In this document: positions 17,679 to 26,153 of the stretch, piece after piece | How positions within the stretch are numbered: position 1 is the first letter of the stretch | How the letters are laid out: each line of letters begins with the position of its first letter | Notes under the pieces: model-generated | Database searches by the model: none | Seen by the model: the letters and a program-made list of their open reading frames with translations, nothing else | What the model was told of the DNA's origin: nothing | IMG/VR virus record: IMGVR_UViG_3300049564_000091 | Span: 1-52,229 of that record | Direction: 5' to 3' (one strand) | Source of the DNA: a virus | Lineage: Duplodnaviria; Caudoviricetes | Length of the DNA stretch: 52,229 nt | Position numbers and translations under genes: made by a program

Positions 17679-17848
17679 CAGCGCGCCAGCCTGGTCAGCA
17701 GCACCCAAAGCAGCACGCCAATCGTCAACAGGTACATCATCGCGATCGCCGTGCGAGGCGTCTGCGGCGACACCGGCTCGGCTGGAGCGCGAATCAGCGC
17801 AGCGACCAGCACGCAGAGCAACACGAGTTCTCCCATCGATATTGTCAT
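17678..17848 (-). CDS. Small two-TM membrane protein
   Basis: MTISMGELVLLCVLVAAL...MYLLTIGVLLWVLL; overlaps both neighbours. Confidence 0.5.
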   Translation of the reverse strand: MTISMGELVLLCVLVAALIRAPAEPVSPQTPRTAIAMMYLLTIGVLLWVLLTRLAR

Positions 17849-18141
17849 GGTTCCTCCTGCAGCGCAGCGCGGACTTCGCGCACGCCGAATAGCTGCCCGT
17901 TCCGCTCTTCGCACAGCGCCTTCACGCGCTCGACGATGGCCTCGAGCCGCGCCACTTCCGCCCGCAGCGCGCGCACCTCGCCGACGCGCCGAGCGCTCTC
18001 CTCCCACTCCTCGTGCTCCGCCCGCAGCGCGCGCACCTCGGCGGCGAGCAGGCGGGCTGCAGCACGATGCGATGGGTGAGCCGCGTCGTACTCCGCAACT
18101 TCGAGCGCGTCGTCCACCGCGTCTTTCGTCGGTCGGATCAT
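17845..18141 (-). CDS. Coiled-coil hypothetical protein
   Basis: EVRALRAE duplicated at 60-bp spacing. Confidence 0.55.
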   Translation of the reverse strand: MIRPTKDAVDDALEVAEYDAAHPSHRAAARLLAAEVRALRAEHEEWEESARRVGEVRALRAEVARLEAIVERVKALCEERNGQLFGVREVRAALQEEP

Positions 18142-18821
18142 GGCCAACGCTCCTGCAGCACCCAGTGCTCGCTCGACATGTCGTCATTCGAACCCAGGCG
18201 CTTGATCTCAAGCACCACGTAGTCCGTCTCGCCCGTCCTGCTGCCCGATTCGCCGCGACCGAAGCTTGGCCGGCTCGCCAGCTTCGCCTCGCGCGTCACC
18301 CGAGCGCTCGACCAGAGCATGCGAAAGCGGCTGATGCCGTGGTGGATGCTCGACTTGAAGACGCCCACCACGCGCTCGCTGATGGCGAGGGCATGCATCA
18401 CGAACTCTTCCGCCTTCCCCTGCTCGTAGGGCGGATTCATCAACACCAGATCGAACAGCTCGTGCATGTACTGGCTGCGCCGGCGCTCGAGGAAATCCAT
18501 GCACTCGACGTTCCAGTGCATGCCCTGGGCGCAGCCGCGGGCTGCAAGCTCCTCGCAGATGCCCGCTGCGCGAGGATCGACATCGCAGAGCACCACATTG
18601 CTGCAGGCGAAGGGCTCCTCGAGGATGGGCCGCACCAGCGCGCCATGGCCAGCGGAGGGCTCCAGCACCGAGCGCGGCTGCTGATGGCGATTCGCCCAGC
18701 GCCAGACGCGCTTGGCGAGCCGCGGGTCGGTATGCCATTGCGAGAGCGCATCGCGGCGCGCCTCCTCGCTCAGCTGCGGGTAATGCGCCTCATGCTCCAG
18801 CCCAGGCAGGTACTCGGTCAT
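18138..18821 (-). CDS. N6-adenine DNA methyltransferase (gamma-like)
   Basis: VLEPSAGHG motif I, LMNPPY motif IV. Confidence 0.85.
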   Translation of the reverse strand: MTEYLPGLEHEAHYPQLSEEARRDALSQWHTDPRLAKRVWRWANRHQQPRSVLEPSAGHGALVRPILEEPFACSNVVLCDVDPRAAGICEELAARGCAQGMHWNVECMDFLERRRSQYMHELFDLVLMNPPYEQGKAEEFVMHALAISERVVGVFKSSIHHGISRFRMLWSSARVTREAKLASRPSFGRGESGSRTGETDYVVLEIKRLGSNDDMSSEHWVLQERWP

Positions 18822-19402
18822 GGCAGCCTCCGAAAGCTGATCGCCCAGACCCAGGGATTGTCATCGATGTGGCAGCCCGGGCGAGCCTTGTGCTGCTTGT
18901 TCCAGAAAACGCTGAACCGCCCGAGCGCGTAGGGGCCTTCGAAGCCCTCGAGTTGCGACTCGGCAAACGTCGTCTCGCCCAGGCGATGCAGGCGCAGCTC
19001 GGTGATCTCGAGCACAATGCGCGCTGCCCAGCGCGGCATGTGCAGCGACGGCCTCCAGGGCACATAGGAGCCCGGCCCGCACTCCCGGTGCAGCTCGCGG
19101 ATGCCCTTTAGCTCATGCTCGTCGAGGTCCGCCGCATACACAGCATCGCGCTGCATAGGGTCGGGCTGGCACCAGGTCTCGCGCACCCAGAGCCGGCCGC
19201 CGACTTCGCCTGCATCGCACCGCGAGAGACTGCGCGCGATGCGCCGCGTCTGCGTCTTCCTGCCTGCGAGAATCGCCCGCACCATCGAATGCGAGAACAG
19301 GATCGGTCGCTCACTCGGCGGCTTCGTGCCTGCTCGAGCGGCCTCGCAGGCCTCGAACTGCTGCTCGGTCAGCGGGCCGACCTCATCGATCATTTTCATC
19401 AT
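18818..19402 (-). CDS. Conserved phage protein (ASCH/PUA-like)
   Basis: ERPILFS..MVRAILAGRKTQTRR, LWVRETW, WRPSLHMPRWAARI, NPWVW. Confidence 0.75.
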   Translation of the reverse strand: MMKMIDEVGPLTEQQFEACEAARAGTKPPSERPILFSHSMVRAILAGRKTQTRRIARSLSRCDAGEVGGRLWVRETWCQPDPMQRDAVYAADLDEHELKGIRELHRECGPGSYVPWRPSLHMPRWAARIVLEITELRLHRLGETTFAESQLEGFEGPYALGRFSVFWNKQHKARPGCHIDDNPWVWAISFRRLP

Positions 19403-20019
19403 CGCCGCCTCCTTCCGGCAGGCAACACCCGCGCGACCTTCGCGCTGCGCATCGCCCACCGAGCCACTAGAATCGCCGGCGCCTCATCGCCGCGGACGGG
19501 CTGGCCGACTGTCGCTGCCGCCACCGCCTGCTCATGCGGGCGGACCAGCTCGCGAGGCGCATTCGCCCAGCGCTTCCCCAGTATCCGCGCGCGCCATTCG
19601 CTGGGCATCACCGAGACGGTGCGGCTCTTCGGCAGGCCCTCATCCCGCCAAGCTGCGAGCCAGGCACCGCGAGCCGCGCCCAGGCCGATCAGCACCCAGG
19701 CGGGCCCGCCCCACGCTGCTTCCAAGACCAGCACAAGGGGTAAGCCTCGCCTCGCAGCGTGGGACTGGGCCCAGCCCACAATGTAGCGCAGCGCTGCGCC
19801 ATCCAGGGTATCCGCCTCGCCGAAGGCTAGGAATTCATCCTGCCCGGTGATCACGCACCAGCCCGAGAGCGCGGCCGTATCGACCGCCAGCGCGACGCAG
19901 GCATGCGGCACCGCCGAGGGCGCTGGCACCGGGCGCCTTGCCCGCCGGCGCCTAGGCCGCTGCGCTGACGCCTGCCCGCGCTTGCCCGCCGCACGGAGGC
20001 TCGAGGGCGCTCGGCTCAT
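19399..20019 (-). CDS. RuvC/RNase H-like Holliday junction resolvase-like protein
   Basis: LAVDTAALSGW, LVLE, PSEWR and DEAPA acidic motifs; located after the replication genes. Confidence 0.6.
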   Translation of the reverse strand: MSRAPSSLRAAGKRGQASAQRPRRRRARRPVPAPSAVPHACVALAVDTAALSGWCVITGQDEFLAFGEADTLDGAALRYIVGWAQSHAARRGLPLVLVLEAAWGGPAWVLIGLGAARGAWLAAWRDEGLPKSRTVSVMPSEWRARILGKRWANAPRELVRPHEQAVAAATVGQPVRGDEAPAILVARWAMRSAKVARVLPAGRRRR

Positions 20020-20534
20020 AGCCAAACCTCGTCAAGCTGCAGGCCGAGCGGGCGCAGCACCTGCTCGACGCTCCAGCCGAGCGGCTCGACTTTGTAGCCG
20101 AGCTTCCCGATGGCCTCGATCGGCGTGAGCGTCCACCCGGGCTTCTTGGCGCACCAAGCGTGCATGGTTACAGCCGTGGCGCGGTCATGCTCAGCGGCGA
20201 GCGCCAGCGCATGAACCTCCGGCCCCACGAAGGCGACGAGCGCAGGAGGAGGGCCGGCGAGTTGCCCGCCGCCTCCGTGGGCGAAGCGAGCGAAGAGCGT
20301 CTCGGGCAGCGGCTGCGTGCTCTGGGCGCAGAGCGCGACGCGGCCTGGACCATCGGTGAAGCTGCAGACCAGCGTGGTGTTGAGTGGGAGGCCCTTCAGC
20401 AGCCGAATCGGGAAGCCGAGGACCTCGCGCACGGCGATGGGCGCCAGCTCGGCGGCTCCATTGTCCACCGCTGTGCATAAATCGGTGGATTCTAGCCCGC
20501 GTCGGCTAGGCGGTAGCAGCGAGCGCCGGGTCAT
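20016..20534 (-). CDS. Hypothetical protein
   Basis: 172 aa ORF downstream of the origin. Confidence 0.5.
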   Translation of the reverse strand: MTRRSLLPPSRRGLESTDLCTAVDNGAAELAPIAVREVLGFPIRLLKGLPLNTTLVCSFTDGPGRVALCAQSTQPLPETLFARFAHGGGGQLAGPPPALVAFVGPEVHALALAAEHDRATAVTMHAWCAKKPGWTLTPIEAIGKLGYKVEPLGWSVEQVLRPLGLQLDEVWL

Positions 20535-20557
20535 CGGGCACCCCCTGCCGCGGGTTT

Positions 20558-20832
20558 TGGTCTCAGCGAGGGCTGTTTTGGTCTCGCTTGGTCTCGCTGG
20601 CGACAAAAAACCCCTATAGTTATAGGGGTGAGACCATAAGACCAATGAGACCATGCAATTCGCCAGAGGTGGGGGAAATCTGTTTTCCGCCTGGCCGCCG
20701 ATGGCAAACGCAATTTTTCCACCGCCTCTGCAGCATCCAAAAGCTTGGTCTCACTGGTCTTGCTGGTCTCACCCCCTTTTTTTGCGGGAAAAATGAGGCC
20801 TGAGTGAGACCAGCTGAGACCAAGTGAGACCA
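20558..20832. promoter_or_regulatory. Putative replication origin: 12 TGGTCTC/GAGACCA iterons in two 3+3 inverted sets
   Basis: Copies at 20558, 20579, 20589, 20630, 20638 (variant), 20647, 20746, 20755 (variant), 20764, 20806, 20816 and 20826; AT-rich spacers; next to the primase-helicase stop. Confidence 0.75.
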
Positions 20833-20850
20833 AACGCGCCCGGGCGGAGG

Positions 20851-23379
20851 TCATTCGGCCTCCGCAGCGTGCTCGGTTTGTAGGACGATGAATCGGGCCT
20901 GCCGGCCGCCGACTCGAATGCGGGTATCGGACCGGCCCTTGTCCAGGCGCGTCCAGCCTCGCAGAGCCCACTGCCGTATCACCTCGGCCGCGCTCAGTCT
21001 ATGGGTCCGCAGCAGCGCCTTCAGCTGCGCCGGGATAAAAAGCACCTCCTCGCCGCGCTTGAATCCGCTCACCTTCAGGCCGGGCCGGCTCGAATAGGGC
21101 AGCTCGTAGTCGCCCGAGGAAGCGAGGACCATCTGCGGGAAGGCATCCGGCTCGCTCATGACCCAATTGTCGACCAGCTCGCGCGAGCGCTCGGCGAGGC
21201 CAATCACCGCCGTGCGGCACTCCGGCGCCGAGAACACGCGCTCCATCGTGGCGCCGCCCTCGCCCAGCCCGAAGGTTCCGGCCATCTCCTCGGCGAGCGC
21301 CAGCAGCGCGTAGTAGCCCGCGATGCGCTGCTGCAGCGGGTTCGAGTCGAGCGCCCGCAGCGCCTGCGTCCGATCGATGAGCTGCTGGCGCCAGACCGAC
21401 CAGTCGGGCACATCGACCAGCGTCTCGATCCAGGCGCGGCCGAAGCTCCCAGCATGCGCGACGCAGGCATCCTTCAGCTCATCGATCGCCTTCGCATCCA
21501 GGCGGCCGAAGCCATCGACGTGGAGCTCCACCACGCGCACCTGCGCGCCCGTCGCCGCGGTCTCGTCCACCAGCGAGCGCTCGCCCGTCGAGAGCATGAT
21601 CGTTCGCCATTGCGTGGTGGCGCGCATCGTGGCGTCGCGCTGCCCGCGCGTCCGCCCGGTCCCGTTCATGATGCTGTAGGCGAGCCGCTCGAGTTGCAGC
21701 GCATCGCCGCCGCCCACTTCGTCGTAGCACTGCGGCAGATCGGTCAGCATCGCGGCGCGCAGCTCGGCGCCCACGTTCGTGGCATTCCAGGCGGCGACCC
21801 AAAGCGGATTGTTCGGATCGCCGAAGATGCTCGAGGCGATCTTCAGCTGCGTGGTTTTTCCGCGGCTCGATTCGCCGATGAGATGCACCGCGAAGTTGGG
21901 CGCGCGCAGCGGCTCCAGCAGCGGCGCAGCCAGCGCGCCGCATATCATCGCCGCACAGACCGGGCTTGCGTTCCATGCCGCCCGCAGCGCGGCGAGATGC
22001 GATTCGATATCGCCGCGAGGCTTGAGCGCGGCGAAGATCTCGCGCCGATGCCCGCTCTGGTCGACCACCGCCTCGAGCTGCCGGCCCTCGGGCAGCACGG
22101 GCTCATTGAGCACGAACACCCGGCCCTCGTACTGATGCCAGCCCACGCGGCCGAAGCTGGTCACCTTCGGAATGAAATCGGCGTTTAGTCGCTCATATAG
22201 ATAAAGCCATTCGACTGTCCGAGCGGCATTAGAGGACACAACCGGGATGCAGATAGGCGTCAGCTCGGCCACCATCGTGCGGGCATCCCCCACTGCCAGC
22301 TGTGAGATCTCACGGCTCACCCAGCTATCGCCCTCGCGATAGCAGAGCTGGACGCGGCCCTCGCTGGATTCGTGATCGATGAACTGCCGCTGGAAGAAAA
22401 GCGGCGTGGGCGAGACCAGCACATCGGGCTGGCGCTCTGACTGTGAGATCTTCCAGAGGCTGCCGTCATCCCGCAGGTCGAAGCCATCCGGGATCGATGC
22501 CTCCTTGTGGATGGGCAGATCCGCGAAGGCCTTGATCGCCCGGATGCGCGGCCGAGGGCGCTTCGGATCGACGCCCTCCCAGGGCTCGGCGGTAGCGAGC
22601 AGCGCTGACACGGCCTCGGCGCCATGTGCGCCCAGAAAGTCATCGATGCCCTTCGGCCCTCCGCTGGGCGGGCAGACGAACCGCACGCGCACGGCGCCCT
22701 GGCTCAGCAGCAGGCCGCCCAGGCGGGCGGCTGCATGCATCACCTGCTTATTGTCGCGCGCATCGGCATCGAAGCAGATGAGATGCTCGCGGCCGGCGAT
22801 GGCGACATGCTCGCGGATCGCCGGATGCAGCTTGTCGCCGCCCGTCGCATCGCGCTCGGCCGGGTCGCTCCAGTTCCAGACGCCCGTCAGCCCGACGCAG
22901 GCATAGCCGAGCTGGTCGAGCGCCAGCGCCTTTTTCTCTCCTTCAGTCCAATGGCAGACCTGCGCGGTGTCGGCGTATGCGCCGCTCGAGCGAGCCCTGG
23001 GCGCGAAATACACCAGCACGCCCGGGCGCTGCGCTTGGTCGTACTTGATCTCGCGCTGCTTGCCGCGCCGCTTTTCGGTGCGCGGATGAATGGGCTTGAT
23101 CCGATAGGCATGCGGCTCGCTCGCGCCCGGGAGATAGAACGGGAAGACGAGCGCCGCGCCGCACATGCGCGGATAGGGCCGCTCGAGGATGAGCGCGACC
23201 GCCCGCGTATTCGTCTCGCTGTACAGCTCGGCCAGCGCGAGCGTCTCGGCCGTGAGGCCGCTCGCCTGCAGCTGCTCGAGATGCTGCGCGGATAGCTCGC
23301 GCTTGACCGGAAGCGGTACGACCTTCGGCTTCGCCCGCCCGTTGCTCGCGGGCAGCGGCGGCTCTTCGGATTGCGCCAT
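20851..23379 (-). CDS. Primase-helicase (Toprim DUF3854-like + DUF927/SF3-like helicase)
   Basis: TEGEKKA, CFDAD and KGIDD Toprim motifs; GESSRGKTT Walker A, CYDE, LSTGE. Confidence 0.88.
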   Translation of the reverse strand: MAQSEEPPLPASNGRAKPKVVPLPVKRELSAQHLEQLQASGLTAETLALAELYSETNTRAVALILERPYPRMCGAALVFPFYLPGASEPHAYRIKPIHPRTEKRRGKQREIKYDQAQRPGVLVYFAPRARSSGAYADTAQVCHWTEGEKKALALDQLGYACVGLTGVWNWSDPAERDATGGDKLHPAIREHVAIAGREHLICFDADARDNKQVMHAAARLGGLLLSQGAVRVRFVCPPSGGPKGIDDFLGAHGAEAVSALLATAEPWEGVDPKRPRPRIRAIKAFADLPIHKEASIPDGFDLRDDGSLWKISQSERQPDVLVSPTPLFFQRQFIDHESSEGRVQLCYREGDSWVSREISQLAVGDARTMVAELTPICIPVVSSNAARTVEWLYLYERLNADFIPKVTSFGRVGWHQYEGRVFVLNEPVLPEGRQLEAVVDQSGHRREIFAALKPRGDIESHLAALRAAWNASPVCAAMICGALAAPLLEPLRAPNFAVHLIGESSRGKTTQLKIASSIFGDPNNPLWVAAWNATNVGAELRAAMLTDLPQCYDEVGGGDALQLERLAYSIMNGTGRTRGQRDATMRATTQWRTIMLSTGERSLVDETAATGAQVRVVELHVDGFGRLDAKAIDELKDACVAHAGSFGRAWIETLVDVPDWSVWRQQLIDRTQALRALDSNPLQQRIAGYYALLALAEEMAGTFGLGEGGATMERVFSAPECRTAVIGLAERSRELVDNWVMSEPDAFPQMVLASSGDYELPYSSRPGLKVSGFKRGEEVLFIPAQLKALLRTHRLSAAEVIRQWALRGWTRLDKGRSDTRIRVGGRQARFIVLQTEHAAEAE

Positions 23380-23380
23380 T

Positions 23381-23845
23381 CTAGGCCGCCGAGCGCGGCC
23401 CAGACTCGGTGCTGGCGCTCTTCGGCGGGCGCCCTCGCTTCGGGCTGCGAGGCGGCGGCGGCAGCGCGCCATTGGTCGGCGGAAAGAGATCGGCCGTCCG
23501 GTCCGACGCCGTCATCGGCCGCGTATCGATTTCCTCCTGCGTGTCAGGCCGCATCAGGCGGAAGACGTTCTTGGCGAAGTCGGGCTCCCAGGCGCAGAGC
23601 AGCTCGCGCTGCTCGGCTCCGGTATCGAGCGCATGCCCGAGTTCATTACGACGCTTCTCGTGCGTCTTCACCTGCCGAGCCAGCTCCGAGCGCTCGCCCT
23701 TCAGTTTTTCGATGGCCACCTCGCAGTCGGCCATCTCGTCGCCGCGCGTTGCGCGCTCCTGCTCGCTCAGCTTCACCGCGCACAGGCGGCGCTCCTTCTC
23801 GACGCCGGCGGCCTTCGGGCCCGATCCGTTCTTTTTCGTCGCCAT
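23381..23845 (-). CDS. Hypothetical coiled-coil protein
   Basis: MATKKNG... preceded by a GAGGAGGAG RBS. Confidence 0.65.
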   Translation of the reverse strand: MATKKNGSGPKAAGVEKERRLCAVKLSEQERATRGDEMADCEVAIEKLKGERSELARQVKTHEKRRNELGHALDTGAEQRELLCAWEPDFAKNVFRLMRPDTQEEIDTRPMTASDRTADLFPPTNGALPPPPRSPKRGRPPKSASTESGPRSAA

Positions 23846-24095
23846 CTTGATCTTGCTCCTCCTCGCCGCGTGATGCGGCGAAATCGATTTCGCCCAGGCC
23901 CGTCCCGAGCGCCGCATCTGCCGATGCCCGGAAGAGCAGGCAGAGCTCTCGAAACTCGGCAAGGCTCGGCTCGCCCTGATCGCGCTCCCAGCGCGAGACC
24001 GTGGAGATCGCGACCTCCAGGCGCTCAGCGAGGTCGCCCTGCGTCCATGTTCGGCCCTTGCGATGGGCACGTAGCCATTGTCCGAGAGTGCGCAT
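23646..24095 (-). CDS. Cro-like XRE HTH regulator
   Basis: WTQGDLAERLEVAISTVSRWERDQGEP; divergent from the CI-like gene. Confidence 0.8.
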   Translation of the reverse strand: MRTLGQWLRAHRKGRTWTQGDLAERLEVAISTVSRWERDQGEPSLAEFRELCLLFRASADAALGTGLGEIDFAASRGEEEQDQDGDEKERIGPEGRRRREGAPPVRGEAERAGARNARRRDGRLRGGHRKTEGRALGAGSAGEDAREAS

Positions 24096-24097
24096 AT

Positions 24098-24141
24098 GGC
24101 AGACTTGCCAAGTATTAGGCAAGTTTTCACATCCGCGTCAA
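24098..24141. promoter_or_regulatory. Lysis-lysogeny switch operator/promoter
   Basis: GGCAGACTTGCC (also at 25004-25015), inverted repeat ACTTGCC-N8-GGCAAGT, and TTGACG -35 on the minus strand. Confidence 0.6.
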
Positions 24142-24201
24142 GGCCTGCCTTGCAGCTCCGGCGTTTGCGTTTTTGCCTGAAAGCGGCGACTACCGGGAAT
24201 C

Positions 24202-24618
24202 GTGACGACCATCGGCCAGGAGGAGGGCGACCTCGCGGGTTTCGGCGAGCGCGTCCGGGTCGCCCGCGAGCGCCTGCGCATGAAGCAGGAGCAGCTCGCC
24301 GAGCTGGTCGCCACGGATGCGGGCAGCGTGAGCCGCTGGGAGCGCGGCAAGGGCTATCCCCAGGCGCCGCAGCTCGCCAAGCTGGCGGCGGCCCTCGGCG
24401 AGAGCCTCGATTATCTGGTGCTTGGCGCGCCCAGCAAGGCGCCCCAGCCGATGCCGCAGGCCTTCCTCGACTTCCTGCAGACGCGCTGGGGCCGCGTCGC
24501 GCAGGAGCACGCGCTGGTGCCCACGCTGCTTTCCGTGCGGCTGCCGCCGGGCGAGCCCACCGTGGCATTCTATCGCGCGCTCATCGCCGCCCTGGTCATC
24601 GCGCTCGACGAGGAGTAG
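24202..24618 (+). CDS. CI-like XRE HTH repressor
   Basis: FGERVRVARERLRMKQEQLAE...SVSRWERGKGYP...SLDYL; no S24 peptidase domain seen. Confidence 0.82.
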   Translation: MTTIGQEEGDLAGFGERVRVARERLRMKQEQLAELVATDAGSVSRWERGKGYPQAPQLAKLAAALGESLDYLVLGAPSKAPQPMPQAFLDFLQTRWGRVAQEHALVPTLLSVRLPPGEPTVAFYRALIAALVIALDEE

Positions 24619-24784
24619 CCAGCCCAGGCGCGCCCGATGTGCGGCAGCGTACGGTTGAGGGCGTCGCCGCCCCAGATGGGCCGGATCTCAGGTGGTTGTG
24701 CGCCTCCGGGCTGCACACCGTTTCCGGGCGGAATTCAGCCGAGCAGTAGACGGGCCCTCGCGCAGCATTGTAAGGGCGATCGGA

Positions 24785-24970
24785 ATGGATGCCGCCGACC
24801 TCGCCACCTACCTTGAATTCAGGGCTCCGGCCGAGATGTCTTGGTCGCAGATCTGCAATCTGGTCCGCATCCGCCGGGCCGTCGCGCGCCCGCTCTCGCT
24901 CGCCAGCTACGAGGCGATCCGCTTCGCCCTGGCCGATGCCGAGGCGCGGCACGGGCGGAGTTTCGGCTAA
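24785..24970 (+). CDS. Small hypothetical protein
   Basis: MDAADLATYLEFRAP..., 61 aa. Confidence 0.45.
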   Translation: MDAADLATYLEFRAPAEMSWSQICNLVRIRRAVARPLSLASYEAIRFALADAEARHGRSFG

Positions 24971-25037
24971 GCCGAAACGGCAACATAAGTTCGCCTAAAA
25001 CTAGGCAGACTTGCCTAGTCGGCCGCTGCGTGATAAT
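24960..25037 (+). promoter_or_regulatory. Hairpin, operator and promoter of the recombination operon
   Basis: GTTTCGGC-TAA-GCCGAAAC hairpin; CTAGGCA-GACT-TGCCTAG palindrome; GATAAT -10-like element. Confidence 0.55.
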
Positions 25038-25046
25038 GCCCGGTCC

Positions 25047-26090
25047 GTGGCATCCCATCCAGTCAGGCATCTCGAGCTGCTCGCAACGCCCGAGGAGAAG
25101 CTCCTCACCAACTCGAGGCTCACCACCTTCCGGCGCTGCAGCCTCGAGCATCATCTGGCCTACGAGGAGGCCATCCGGCCGCTCGGCGGCGCGCCCGATG
25201 CGCTGCGCTTCGGCTCGCTCTTCCACATCGGGCTCGCGGGCTGGTGGCTCGCCTTCGAGCACCCGGGCGAGCAGCTGGATGCCGCCATCGAAGCGATGCG
25301 CCCGCTGGCGATGGACGAATTCGATATGGCGCGCGCCGAGTGCCTGATGCGCGGCTATGACGCGCGCTGGGCCGGCGCCGAGGATATCGAGGTCCTGGCC
25401 GTCGAGCGCCAGTTCGAGACCGAGCTGCGCAACCCGCTCAGCGGCGCGCCGAGCCGCACCTATCGGCTCGCGGGCAAGCTCGATCTGATCGTGCTCAATC
25501 GCGGCGATGGGCTGGTCTACATCGGCGAGCACAAGACCAGCAGCGAGGATATCGGGCCCGGCACGCCCTACTGGGAGAAGCTGCGCATCGATGCCCAGGT
25601 CTCGACCTACTTCGCCGGCGCGCGCTCGCTCGGCTATGAACCGGCGGGCTGCCTCTACGATGTGATTGGCAAGTCGCGGCATGCGCCGCTGCTCGCCACG
25701 CCCGAGGAGAATCGAAAATACACGAAGGCGGGCGCGCTCTACGCCAAGCAGCGGGCTGAGGATGAGACGGCCGAGGAGTATGGCCTGCGACTCGCCGAGG
25801 TCATCTGCGCGGCGCCTGACAAGTTCTACCGACGCGGCTTCGTGGTGCGCCTGCCCGAGGAGGAGCGCGAGGCCGCCTTCGATGCATGGCAAACGGCTCG
25901 GCTGATGCGCGAAGCGAAGAGCGCGGGCATCTATCCGCGCAACGTGAATGCCTGCGAGCGCTACGGCCGCATGTGCGGCTATTTCCCCGTCTGCACCCGG
26001 GCTGCGAGCCTCGACGACTCGACGATGTTCGAGCGCGTCGCGAGCATCCACCCGGAGCTGCAGCCCGCCGAGGCCGGCGCCGCCGAGTAG
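25047..26090 (+). CDS. PD-(D/E)XK exonuclease (RecB/Cas4-like phage recombination nuclease)
   Basis: GSLFH, LAGKLD, IGEHKT, QVSTY and a C-terminal Cys cluster. Confidence 0.85.
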   Translation: MASHPVRHLELLATPEEKLLTNSRLTTFRRCSLEHHLAYEEAIRPLGGAPDALRFGSLFHIGLAGWWLAFEHPGEQLDAAIEAMRPLAMDEFDMARAECLMRGYDARWAGAEDIEVLAVERQFETELRNPLSGAPSRTYRLAGKLDLIVLNRGDGLVYIGEHKTSSEDIGPGTPYWEKLRIDAQVSTYFAGARSLGYEPAGCLYDVIGKSRHAPLLATPEENRKYTKAGALYAKQRAEDETAEEYGLRLAEVICAAPDKFYRRGFVVRLPEEEREAAFDAWQTARLMREAKSAGIYPRNVNACERYGRMCGYFPVCTRAASLDDSTMFERVASIHPELQPAEAGAAE

Positions 26091-26153
26091 CCGCGCCGCC
26101 ATAGGACTACGGCCTGCAATCCGCAGGTCGCGAACCGAAAGAGGGTTACGAGA

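Noticed and set aside
17957-18040. 24-bp direct repeat at 60-bp spacing
   Set aside because: Simple coding duplication (EVRALRAE) in a coiled coil
20558-20832. Synthetic Golden Gate (BsaI GGTCTC) scars or a mini-CRISPR
   Set aside because: Degenerate copies, roughly helical spacing and position after the primase fit natural iterons
576-23295. Long plus-strand ORFs (for example 576-2591, 5669-7780, 12114-13808, 17148-18932)
   Set aside because: Antisense shadows of GC-rich minus-strand genes; no motifs
25047-26090. CRISPR-associated Cas4 or a CRISPR array
   Set aside because: Context is exonuclease-Sak4-SSB recombination; no repeat-spacer array seen anywhere in the window
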